From the NCBI GenBank assembly GCA_963695545.1, contig OY968796.1:3936001-4000000 (forward strand): a stretch of DNA of 64,000 nt. The letters run 5' to 3'. This DNA is from Terriglobia bacterium. Its GTDB lineage: Bacteria > Acidobacteriota > Terriglobia > Acidiferrales > UBA7541. Below are positions 1 through 8,951 of this stretch, in pieces. Both the position numbers and the translations under genes were made by a program. How positions within the stretch are numbered: the stretch's first letter is position 1; each line of letters opens with the position of its first letter. The notes under the pieces were generated by a model. The model was given only the letters and a program-made list of their open reading frames with translations. It searched no databases and was not told the origin of the DNA.

Positions 1-132
1 CGCACACTGTCGCTGGCCGCACCGAAGCCCGCCGAAGGTGGACGTGTCTATTCCCGCGATCCATCACCCGCCACAAGCCACTCGCGACGCACCCTCGCGC
101 GTGACTCTTTGATGTCCCGAAGTGACGCTCTA

Positions 133-285
133 ACGCACTCTAATTTCAACGACTTACAAAAGAGTGCGCATCTCATTGAGAATATTGATGATCAAGTTCC
201 TTTGTCTTCACACTCATCCACACTCTTTCCCCGCAGCCCTTTTATTTTCAATACTTTAACAAAAACATACCGGGGGTGTATATAC
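133..285 (+). repeat. Dispersed AT-rich ~150-bp element, copy 1
   Basis: Aligns without gaps to the reverse complement of 46878-47030. Shared blocks: TACAAAAGAGTGCGCA, TTCACACTCATCCRCACTCTT, AAAACATACCGGGGGTGTATATAC. Confidence 0.9.
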
Positions 286-354
286 GCCCGCCTCGCCGAA
301 AACCTAAAATATCACTTGAGGTTTCCACGCCACTTCCCGCAAACCTCCCGCCCT

Positions 355-1468
355 CTATTGTTTGCGCGAAATGAGGAACTCGTGGATGAATGGGTCGATA
401 TCGCCGTCGAGGACGCGGTCGACGTCGCCCATTTCAAATTTTGTGCGGTGATCCTTCACCAACCGGTAGGGTTGCAGCGTGTACGTTCGGATCTGGCTGC
501 CGAAACTGATATCCATCTTGGATTCGTCCATCTTGCGGGTTTCCTCGCGGCGCTTTTCGATCTCGAGCGCGTAGAGTTTCGAGCGCAGCATCTTCATCGC
601 GAGTTCGCGATTTTTGTGCTGGCTGCGCTCGGCCTGGCATTGCACCACGATGCCGCTGGGAAGGTGCGTGAAACGCACCGCGGTTTCCACCTTATTCACG
701 TTCTGCCCGCCATGGCCGCCGGCGCGAAACGTGTCGATGCGCAGCTCTTCGGGTTTCACCACGATCTCGATGTTGTCGTCAATTTCGGGAATCGCAAACA
801 CCGACGCGAACGAGGTGTGCCGCCGCGCGGCTTGATCGAACGGCGAAATGCGAATCAGCCGATGCACGCCGCTTTCGGTTGCGAGCAAACCGTAGGCGTT
901 TTCGCCCTCGACGCGCACCGTGGCGGATTTGATGCCGGCGGTTTCGCCGGGCGTTTGATCGATCACCGTGGCCCTGAATCCTTTGCGCTCCGCCCATCGG
1001 AGATACATGCGCAGAAGCATCTCGGCCCAGTCCTGCGATTCGGTGCCGCCGGCGCCTGGCTTGATTGTGAGAATGGCGTTCGAGTGGTCCGCTTCGCCAG
1101 AAAGCAGCACGGACGTTTCAAGGTCGGCGGCATATTTCTCGGAGCTGTCGAGCTCGCCGGCGATTTCCGCGATCAGGGTTTCGCGCTTCGCAGCGTCGGA
1201 TTCTTCGGCAGCCAAATGCAAATAAGTTTCGAGGTCGCTTTCGATCGCGGAAAGTTTCTCCGCGGCGCGCACCCGTTCTTCGACCTTCTTCCGCTCGGAC
1301 AAAGTTTTCTGCGCCTGCTCCTGGTTCTGCCAGAAATCGGGCGCGGCAACGCGCTCTTCCAATTGATTCAGGATTTTTTGCTGGCCGGGCAGGTCAAAGA
1401 TAACTCCGCACCCGCGCCGTGCGCTCGCGGAGTTGGTCGTAGCGATGCTGGAGATCTTCAATGATCAT
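355..1468 (-). CDS. prfB: Peptide chain release factor 2 with programmed +1 frameshift; join(1397..1468, 355..1395)
   Basis: GGQ motif (GGHGGQNVNK) and the RF2 SPF tripeptide (RISPFD). The N-terminal 24 codons MIIEDLQ...RSYL end at CTT TGA C; the ATG overlaps the lnt stop. Confidence 0.97.
1393..1408 (-). other. RF2 +1 ribosomal frameshift site
   Basis: Minus strand reads CGGAGT TAT CTT TGA C: an SD-like GGAG, the slippery CTT and an in-frame UGA. Confidence 0.95.
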
Positions 1469-3075
1469 GCGCGTGCCGATTTCTGCTTGTTCTTTTTCCG
1501 ATCCCTCTCGCTCGACTTTTCCTGCTCCCCTGCCGTTTGCGTTGGGGGCGAATGCGCGAAGCGCCAATCGACGATCGCAAGCGCGAAGAATGTCACGATC
1601 AACGAGAGCCACGGCAACCAATCGCCATGACGCACGTAAAACGTCAGATCGCTACGAAACGCGTACGGCGCGTCAAGCTCGCCGCGTTCATCCGGCGCCA
1701 ATCGCGCGACGATTCGGCCGTACGGATCGATCGAAGCCGTGTAGCCATTGTTGGTATCGCGCAAAAGCCAGCGCCGACTTTCCACGGCGCGCACGCGCGC
1801 GGCTTCCAGATGCGAGACCGGCGCGGCCGACCGCCCGAACCAGCCGTCGTTCGAGATGTTGATCAAAAGCTCGGCGCCGTTGGCGGTGAACTGGCGAATT
1901 TCACCGGGGAAAATCGCCTCGTAGCAGATGAAAACCGAGTATCGACCGCCCGGCAGCGTGCCGACGCTGCGCACCTTGCCGCGCTGAAATTCGCCCAGGT
2001 CCGCCGTGAGATGGCCGGCAAAGCGCAAAATATTCCGCCACGGCACGAATTCGCCGAACGGAACAAGATGAATCTTATCATAGACGAAAATTTCGGTGCC
2101 CGCGGGATCGAGCTGCACCGCGCTGTTGTACGGCAGCTCGCGGCCGCCCGGCGCGCGCTTCCAATCGACGGCGCCGAGAATGAAATTGGTCGACGCTTCC
2201 TGCGCGATGCGCGCCGCGCGCTGCGCGAACGGCGGGTCCTGCATGGAAAATGGCGCCGGCGTTTCGGGCCAGACGATGGGCCCCGGCTCAAGCCGCGCGG
2301 CGGAAACGCTCAGTTGCTCGAGGTCGTCGAGGTCCGCGCGGTGAATGGCCATCCAATCGTACGGATACTCCATCGACTGCGGAAAATCGGGCTGCACCAG
2401 ATGAGCCACGCGCTCAGGCTGCGCCGCCGGCACGAATCGCGCGCCAACCAAAGCGACGAGAATCAACACCGCGGCGACCGTCGCCACCCACAGCGCCGCC
2501 CGCCGACTGCGCGCCGGCGTCTGAAGGATCGCCCAGAAAACCAGCGCGTTGAACGCGGCGACGAGGAGAGAAAGGCCGTAAATCCCGGTGATCGTCGTGA
2601 TCTGAACCAGCGCCAGGCTGCGTGCCGCCGCGTAGCCCAGCAAATTCCACGGAAAGCCGATGTTCGGAAAGCGATCGAACAAATATTCGGTAGTGACCCA
2701 CAGAAACGGCGCAACCAACGCCACTTTTTTTGCGCCGCCGCGGCCCCAAAGGCTCACGCCGGCGGCGAAGAGCATCTTAAAAACCGAAGACGCACCGGCC
2801 ATGATCAGCATCACGCCGGCCGCTTGCCACACCGGCAGCGGTCCCCATTGTCGAAGCACGGTGTAAATCCACGGCGTCGAAATAAAATAGAACGCCATGC
2901 CGTAGAGAAATCCGCACAGCGCCGCAAGCCCCACGCTCGCGCCGTACGCGGCGAGCATCAAGCCCGCAACCGAGAACCAAGCGAGCAGCGGGAGATTGAA
3001 ATTCGGGAACGCGAAAGCCAGCGCCGCGCCCGACGCCACGGCCAGAACGAGGCGCACGCTTCGAGGGAGATTCAT
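1465..3075 (-). CDS. lnt: Apolipoprotein N-acyltransferase
   Basis: Multi-TM N-terminus with FPWNLLGY; nitrilase-fold catalytic motifs WPET, YDKIHLVPFGEF, ICYE; NISNDGWF. Start set to ATG 3075. Confidence 0.95.
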   Translation of the reverse strand: MNLPRSVRLVLAVASGAALAFAFPNFNLPLLAWFSVAGLMLAAYGASVGLAALCGFLYGMAFYFISTPWIYTVLRQWGPLPVWQAAGVMLIMAGASSVFKMLFAAGVSLWGRGGAKKVALVAPFLWVTTEYLFDRFPNIGFPWNLLGYAAARSLALVQITTITGIYGLSLLVAAFNALVFWAILQTPARSRRAALWVATVAAVLILVALVGARFVPAAQPERVAHLVQPDFPQSMEYPYDWMAIHRADLDDLEQLSVSAARLEPGPIVWPETPAPFSMQDPPFAQRAARIAQEASTNFILGAVDWKRAPGGRELPYNSAVQLDPAGTEIFVYDKIHLVPFGEFVPWRNILRFAGHLTADLGEFQRGKVRSVGTLPGGRYSVFICYEAIFPGEIRQFTANGAELLINISNDGWFGRSAAPVSHLEAARVRAVESRRWLLRDTNNGYTASIDPYGRIVARLAPDERGELDAPYAFRSDLTFYVRHGDWLPWLSLIVTFFALAIVDWRFAHSPPTQTAGEQEKSSERDRKKNKQKSARA

Positions 3076-3121
3076 ACCGTAGATATTGTAGGCGGAATCA
3101 GGCGGCTCGCGCGAAGGCAAA

Positions 3122-3892
3122 CTAGCGTTTCAGGATGGATTTGAAACCCTGGCTTTCGAGTTGCTTCTGCGCCGCGGCCGCGGCTTCCGCGCTGGCATAG
3201 GGGCCAACTTGAACGCGGTAATACTTGTCGGCGCTGGCAGGAAGTACAAACGCGGGAAATTTTCGTTGCTGAAGCGCCTGCGCTACGGCTAACGCATCGC
3301 TTTCTTTTTCGAGCGCGGCGACCTGCAACATGATCGCGCCCTTCGGAATGAGCGGCGAACCGACGGTCACTTTGGATGCCGCCGGCGTCGCGGGCTTGGC
3401 CGCGGGTTTCGCCGCAGGTTTTGCGGCCGCGCCCGGAGCGCTGCTGGCAGAATGCGCCGCCGGAGTCGCCGCGGAGCCTGAAGATGAAGCAACAGGCTTG
3501 GCCGGTTTCGCAGGCTTCGAGGCCGGCGCGGGCACGAGCGTGTCGTTGGCGGGCTTGGAATCCGATGAGTGGTAGAAACTCCAGTCCGTCGCGCGCGGCG
3601 CGCCCGGTTTTCCGGACGCAGCCGGCGCCGCCGGAGCGCTCGACGCGGCGGGATTCGATTCGTCCGCCGAATCAGACGCCGGCGGCGCGATCGCTGGATC
3701 AGCTGAGGCCGCGTCGGCCGAATCGTCGGCGCGGATGGCCGCGATGTGCGCCTGTGAATCGCCCTGGCCGCGGCCGAGCAAATAGCCAAGCGTGAATACC
3801 ACGCCGAACAGGACGGCCAGCAAAATGAACAAGCCAAAAAGGTGCCTGCTTTCCAGCACCATTTCGCCGCGCCCGTTCTTTTTCGCCGCCAT
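3122..3892 (-). CDS. SPOR-domain bitopic protein (DedD/FtsN-like)
   Basis: N-terminal TM, Ala/Pro-rich linker, C-terminal SPOR (LQVAAL...YRVQVGPYAS). Confidence 0.85.
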   Translation of the reverse strand: MAAKKNGRGEMVLESRHLFGLFILLAVLFGVVFTLGYLLGRGQGDSQAHIAAIRADDSADAASADPAIAPPASDSADESNPAASSAPAAPAASGKPGAPRATDWSFYHSSDSKPANDTLVPAPASKPAKPAKPVASSSGSAATPAAHSASSAPGAAAKPAAKPAAKPATPAASKVTVGSPLIPKGAIMLQVAALEKESDALAVAQALQQRKFPAFVLPASADKYYRVQVGPYASAEAAAAAQKQLESQGFKSILKR

Positions 3893-3938
3893 TATTTTTT
3901 TGCCGTCCGCCGCGGCGGACTCCCCTGGCCTGCAACTA

Positions 3939-4709
3939 CTACTTCTTATCGGAGAACGTCTTCACCCACGCGTTCACGATATCGATCGGCAGCGGGAAGA
4001 CGATCGTGGTGTTCTTCTCCGTGCCGATTTCGGTCAAGGTCTGCAGGTAGCGCAGCTGAATCGCTGCGGGCTCGGTCTCAAGCATCTTGGCCGCCTGCGC
4101 GAGCTTCGAGGAAGCCTCAAATTCGCCTTCCGCGTGGATCACCTTCGCGCGGCGCTCGCGCTCGGCTTCGGCCTGACGCGCGATGGCGCGCTGCATCTGC
4201 TCCGGAATATCCACCTGCTTCACTTCAACCTTCGTGACTTTAATACCCCAGGGCTCGGTATCCTGGTCAAGGATGATCTGAAGTTTGCTGTTGACCTTTT
4301 CGCGTTCGGCGAGGATCTCGTCGAGCTCGAATTGGCCGACGATGCTGCGCAATGTCGTCTGGGCCTTCTGCGAAGTGGCGTACAGATAATTTTGCACCTG
4401 CGAAAGCGCAAGATTGGCGTCCACCACGCGGAAATAGCAGACCGCGTTCACTTTCACCGACACGTTGTCGCGCGTGATGATGTCCTGCGCCGGGACGTCG
4501 AGCGTCTCGATCCGCAAAGAAATCCGATAAAGCGTTTCGATGGGCCAGAAAACCAGGCGCAGCCCCGCGCCCTTGGCTTGCGGGATCATGCGTCCGAGGC
4601 GCAGAACCACGCCGCGCTCCCATTCCTTGAGCACGTAGAGCGAATTCCAGATCCAGATCAGAAAAATAAATACGCAAAACAGCCCGCCGTACAAACCAAA
4701 ATCCATCAT
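3939..4709 (-). CDS. SPFH/slipin (stomatin-like) protein
   Basis: ERGVVLRLGR, QDIITRDNVSVKV, AEAERERRAKVIHAEGE, LRYLQTL; GGAGG upstream of ATG 4709. Confidence 0.95.
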   Translation of the reverse strand: MMDFGLYGGLFCVFIFLIWIWNSLYVLKEWERGVVLRLGRMIPQAKGAGLRLVFWPIETLYRISLRIETLDVPAQDIITRDNVSVKVNAVCYFRVVDANLALSQVQNYLYATSQKAQTTLRSIVGQFELDEILAEREKVNSKLQIILDQDTEPWGIKVTKVEVKQVDIPEQMQRAIARQAEAERERRAKVIHAEGEFEASSKLAQAAKMLETEPAAIQLRYLQTLTEIGTEKNTTIVFPLPIDIVNAWVKTFSDKK

Positions 4710-4768
4710 GTTCCCCTCCCTGCGCAATCACCGCTGCTGCTATCGTGCCCTCTCGAAATCCTGAAATC

Positions 4769-6226
4769 TCAATCGGCCGACGGATGGCCGTCCGCCAGCT
4801 TGACGTGCAGCGTGAGTCCCTCGACGCGCACGACACGAACGTGCGCGGCGACCGCGATCGCTTCGTGCGACGTTGCGCGCCAGAGTTCGCCGTGCATGCG
4901 CACCATCCCGGAAAACAGGCCGGCGGTTTCAGCCGGCGCGAATGCCTCGGTAACCTCCGCATCGCGGCCGACAAGTTGCTCCGCGCCGACCGCGGGTCGC
5001 CATGCGCGCGAACGCAAAACCAAACGCATCAGGAAAATTACGATCACGGCGGACGGTATCGTGACGCCCAATGCCGTTCCGAGGCTGACGCCCGCGCCCG
5101 TGATCGGCGAATGTATCAGCATCAGCGCACCGAGCAGCATGGCCACAATCCCGCCCACGGCCAGAACGCCGTGGCTGGTGTATTTCGCCTCGAGGATGAA
5201 AAGGACCAGCGCCAGCACCACCAGCAGCAGACCCGCAAAGTTTACCGGAAGAATGTGCATCGCGAACAGGGCCAGAACCAGAGCGATGCCGCCGATTACT
5301 CCGGGCGCGACCATGCCGGGATGCGTGAACTCGGCGTAGAGGCCAAGCACGCCGACGAGCAGCAGGATGAAAAACGCGTCCGGTTCGACGATGCGCGAGA
5401 GAAATCGCTGGCGCAAGGACATGTCGTACTCGGTGAGCTCGGCGCCGGCCAGCGACAATTTTTGGGTTTGGCCGTCGAAGCGCGTGATGGTGCGGCCATC
5501 GAGCTGGGCGAACAAATCGGCATTCGATTTGGCGACGACGTCGATGAGCTTGCCGTCAAGCGCTTCGGTTTCAGTGAAGGCCTTCGCGTCGGTGACCGCG
5601 GTCTCAGCAAGCGGAACGTTGCGGCCGCGTTTTCCGGCGTAGCTGCGGAGGAACGCGGTGGCGTCGTTCAGAATTTTATTCTTGAGCGTTTCGTCCATGT
5701 TCACGGGATAGCCGCCGACCTCGATGATCGGCGAAGCGGCGCCGGTGTGCGTGGCCGGAGCCATCGCGGCGACGTCGGCCGAAAGCAAAATATAAAAACC
5801 GGCGGACGCGCCGCGCGCGCCCGAAGGAGAAACGTAAACAACCACGGGCACCGGCGAATCGAGGATGTGTTGAATGATGTCTTCCATCGAATCTTCAAGG
5901 CCGCCCGGCGTGTCCATGGTGATCAGAATGAGATTCGCGTGCGCGTCGGCGGCGTGTTGCATACCGTCGTCGAGATACTCGGCAAGGATGGGTTCGATTT
6001 CGCCGTCGATGTGCATCACGACAACTTGAGGCGCCGAAGATTGAGGCGCGGGCGGTGGCGCGGGCGACGCAGCGGGCGCTACGAATGCCAAAAGCGCAAT
6101 CACACCGAGCACGGCGCAGAGTGGCGCCGCCGCACGACGCCGCCGGAACGCGTGCCGCACAACGGCCGCGGTCCCGGACTCGGGCCCGCGCCTGTGTGTG
6201 CCACGAAAATGCTCGCCGCGATTCAT
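4769..6226 (-). CDS. nfeD: NfeD family membrane-bound serine protease (long form)
   Basis: DTPGG, GARGASAG, AAMAPATHTGAA, a TM region and a C-terminal OB-fold (GELWRA); adjacent to the SPFH gene. Confidence 0.92.
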   Translation of the reverse strand: MNRGEHFRGTHRRGPESGTAAVVRHAFRRRRAAAPLCAVLGVIALLAFVAPAASPAPPPAPQSSAPQVVVMHIDGEIEPILAEYLDDGMQHAADAHANLILITMDTPGGLEDSMEDIIQHILDSPVPVVVYVSPSGARGASAGFYILLSADVAAMAPATHTGAASPIIEVGGYPVNMDETLKNKILNDATAFLRSYAGKRGRNVPLAETAVTDAKAFTETEALDGKLIDVVAKSNADLFAQLDGRTITRFDGQTQKLSLAGAELTEYDMSLRQRFLSRIVEPDAFFILLLVGVLGLYAEFTHPGMVAPGVIGGIALVLALFAMHILPVNFAGLLLVVLALVLFILEAKYTSHGVLAVGGIVAMLLGALMLIHSPITGAGVSLGTALGVTIPSAVIVIFLMRLVLRSRAWRPAVGAEQLVGRDAEVTEAFAPAETAGLFSGMVRMHGELWRATSHEAIAVAAHVRVVRVEGLTLHVKLADGHPSAD

Positions 6227-8073
6227 GGAGTGCCTCCGGTTTCCGCGTTGGCATCGAGCTTATCGAGCAATTGCTGGGCCGGCGCATTTGCCGGATCGAT
6301 CGCGAGCGCCTGATGCAATTGATCGCGCGCGTCGGCGGTGCGATTCATCTCGATCAGCAACTGCGCCATCTCGACGTGCGTTGGCGCGTCGTTCAAATTC
6401 GATACGGCGTCGCCCAGTTCATGCAGCGCGTCGGCGGGGCGGCCTTCCCGACGATAAACTTCCGCGAGTCCGCGGTGCGCCGCGGCATCATAAGGGGCCG
6501 AGAGCAACGCTTCGGTGAAGGCGCGCTGCGCGTCGTCAAGATCGGCGGACGCGAGAAATTGCTGGCCGCGCTGGAGATGCAATGCGAGCGCATCCTGCGG
6601 AGCGCCCGCCGGCTGCTGGCCTGTCGCAGCCGCGCTAACTTCACCTCCGGGTCGCAGCCAGGCGCGATCAAGGCGCGGCGAAATACGCGCGAGCGCGGTC
6701 CACGACGCAACGTCACTCGAAGATTTTGCGGCTTGCGATTTGCGCGCGACGGCGTTGGGCGCGGCCGCTGTGCGTGGAGGCGAAGCCGAGGCGGGCGATG
6801 CTTCGGACGTGATCTTCTCGATCGCGCTGCGAACGCCGGTGTCGTCCGGAGCGAGTTTCTGCGTAGCGCGCAAATCGGCGGCGGCCTGCGCGGCGTCGCC
6901 GCCGAGAAATTGTGCGATGCCCAGATTGAACATGAAATCGGGAGCGTCGGGCGCCATTTGCGTGGCGCGTTCAAATTGAGCGGCGGCGTCGGGGAAGCTG
7001 CCGATGCGCAGATAGGCGACGCCTAAATCGTTACGCGCTTCGGGGAGATCGAGCCCAGCGGGCGCATCGTGAGCATCCGACGCGCCGGATGCGGGCGGCG
7101 CTTCGGTCTGCGCGTGAGAATCACCACCAGGCGAATTTTTCACTGCAAGAAAGATGTCGCGGTCGAGCACATCCTGAAAAGACGATGCGGCGCGGCTCGC
7201 GTCATTTTCGAGCAAGTGACATACGCCGGCGTCAAAACTCGCTTCGACGCCGCGCGGGCGATCCGGCGGAACGCGTGAGAACCACACCAGCGCGGACTCG
7301 CAATCGCGGCGCTCGAATTCTTCGAGGCCCAACTCAAACGCCGGAAGATCCCAATCGGGCTCGAGGCGCGCGGCGTCGCGCAGATCGTGAAGGCGCTGAT
7401 CGTCGCCGGGGCCGGTGACGGCGCGAATGTAGGTTTGAAATGCATCGAGATTCGACGGCGGACGTTTCGGGTCGATCACACTGGCGGGCGGAGCGCCACC
7501 GGGACACGCGCCGGGGTCCAGCGCGCACACGAGCGAGCCGGCGAGATGCGCATTGAGCGGAAGTAGATTCGCGAGCGGGCCCGAGGTGGAGAGCGCATCG
7601 GACAACGCCGGCGGATCAAGACGCAGCGCGCGCGCGGTCACCGAGATCGATTTTCCGTCGGAGGTGAATGAACCGAAAACAACGTCACTCGCGCCAACTT
7701 CGCGGCCGATTTCGATCATGGTCGCTACGCTGAACTGCGCCGAGCTGGGCAGGCCCATGCGTTCGAGCGCGTCAAGGCGATCCTCGCGCGAAAACACGAA
7801 CCGCGACTCGCCGTCGAGTCGATCGACGGTGAGCTCCGCCAGTCCCTCGCTGAGCCATTCAAGGCTTGCCATGTGGCTTCGATTTTCAAAGGGAAACACG
7901 AGAATTGTTTGCACCGGCGGTTGATCGGCAGGGGCAGCCTGCGACGTCGCGGAAGGCGCCGCAGAGTCTGGAGGGGACGTGGGTTGCCGCGAATCGTTCG
8001 GCGGACGCGGCGAGCTACCTAGCACGCCCGTAAGTACGCCAAGAACTGCGAGCTCGATCCAGTACTGCGCCAT
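6223..8073 (-). CDS. Exported protein with N-terminal TolB-N/CsgG-like domain and TPR repeats
   Basis: Hydrophobic N-terminus; ILVFPFENRS...LEWLSEGLAE...IGREVGASDVVFGSF; TPR helices (ARNDLGVAY, MFNLGIAQ, AHRGLAEVY). Confidence 0.75.
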   Translation of the reverse strand: MAQYWIELAVLGVLTGVLGSSPRPPNDSRQPTSPPDSAAPSATSQAAPADQPPVQTILVFPFENRSHMASLEWLSEGLAELTVDRLDGESRFVFSREDRLDALERMGLPSSAQFSVATMIEIGREVGASDVVFGSFTSDGKSISVTARALRLDPPALSDALSTSGPLANLLPLNAHLAGSLVCALDPGACPGGAPPASVIDPKRPPSNLDAFQTYIRAVTGPGDDQRLHDLRDAARLEPDWDLPAFELGLEEFERRDCESALVWFSRVPPDRPRGVEASFDAGVCHLLENDASRAASSFQDVLDRDIFLAVKNSPGGDSHAQTEAPPASGASDAHDAPAGLDLPEARNDLGVAYLRIGSFPDAAAQFERATQMAPDAPDFMFNLGIAQFLGGDAAQAAADLRATQKLAPDDTGVRSAIEKITSEASPASASPPRTAAAPNAVARKSQAAKSSSDVASWTALARISPRLDRAWLRPGGEVSAAATGQQPAGAPQDALALHLQRGQQFLASADLDDAQRAFTEALLSAPYDAAAHRGLAEVYRREGRPADALHELGDAVSNLNDAPTHVEMAQLLIEMNRTADARDQLHQALAIDPANAPAQQLLDKLDANAETGGTP

Positions 8074-8103
8074 GCGAGGTTATTGTAACAGAACGGTGGA
8101 TCG

Positions 8104-8928
8104 CTACGTTCCGGGCGCTGCTGGCGGCTTCTCCACGCCGTTGGCTTCTGCTTTATCCACGATGGCCTGAACGCCGGGATCGGCGAGGACTTTGGCAAAC
8201 GAAGGATCGGTCTTGACCGCGGGCACGTTTTTGTAGCCTTCGTCGAAAGCCTTGCGGAGATATTGGGCGCAGTCGGCCGGGTCGTTGCGTTCGGCGTAGG
8301 ACTTCGCGAGCAAGAAGTAGAAAGTGCCGTGATCGGAAACCGAGCGATCCTGAAGCAATGTTCCGGCATAACTGCCGAGCGCGAAGACGTCGGGATCGAT
8401 CGAGAGCGCCTTGTTGAAGGCGGCTACGGCCTCGGGATATTTCTTTTCGTTGAAGTAGGCGCAGCCCAAATTGCTATAGGCACTAGCCAAATTCGGATTC
8501 TCCGCAATGGACTTGCGGTATTCGCGGATGGCCCTGCCGTACCTCTGCTCTTGATACCAAGTTGTGCCGATGTTGTTGTAGGCCTCTGCGAATTTGGAGT
8601 TGAGCTTGGTGGCGTGTTTGTAGGCGTCGCGCGCCGAATCGATCTGTCCGAGCTGTTGCAAGGCAACCCCGAGCATGTTCCATGCCGCATAATTATCGGG
8701 GTACGTGCGGGTCAGCGTGGTGAAGATGTGGGCGGCTTGCTCATAGTCCTTGGTGGCCATGAGGTCCTGGGCGTCAGCCATTTGGATCTGCCAAGCATCG
8801 ACCGTGCGCGGGATTTGCGGTGCGGCCTGCGGCGCTGCTGGAGAAGTCGGAACAGAAGAATGGTCGTGCGCGAGCACAGTTCCGGCGAAAAGGAATAATC
8901 CAACCGCCGCCAGTGCGAGATACTTCAT
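8104..8928 (-). CDS. Exported tetratricopeptide repeat protein
   Basis: Signal peptide MKYLALAAVGLFLFAGTVLA; TPRs AWNMLGVAL, AYNNIGTTW, AYSNLGCAY. The ORF extends in frame to 8955. Confidence 0.88.
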   Translation of the reverse strand: MKYLALAAVGLFLFAGTVLAHDHSSVPTSPAAPQAAPQIPRTVDAWQIQMADAQDLMATKDYEQAAHIFTTLTRTYPDNYAAWNMLGVALQQLGQIDSARDAYKHATKLNSKFAEAYNNIGTTWYQEQRYGRAIREYRKSIAENPNLASAYSNLGCAYFNEKKYPEAVAAFNKALSIDPDVFALGSYAGTLLQDRSVSDHGTFYFLLAKSYAERNDPADCAQYLRKAFDEGYKNVPAVKTDPSFAKVLADPGVQAIVDKAEANGVEKPPAAPGT

Positions 8929-8951
8929 GGCGAATCTCTCCAGCCGGCGCG

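Noticed and set aside
155..285. CRISPR interpretation of conserved blocks separated by 34-36-nt variable segments
   Set aside because: The blocks within one copy differ from each other, the variable segments are still partly similar between copies, and no cas genes are present.
109..1464. 451-aa plus-strand ORF
   Set aside because: Antisense shadow of prfB running in from the repeat; no recognisable motifs.
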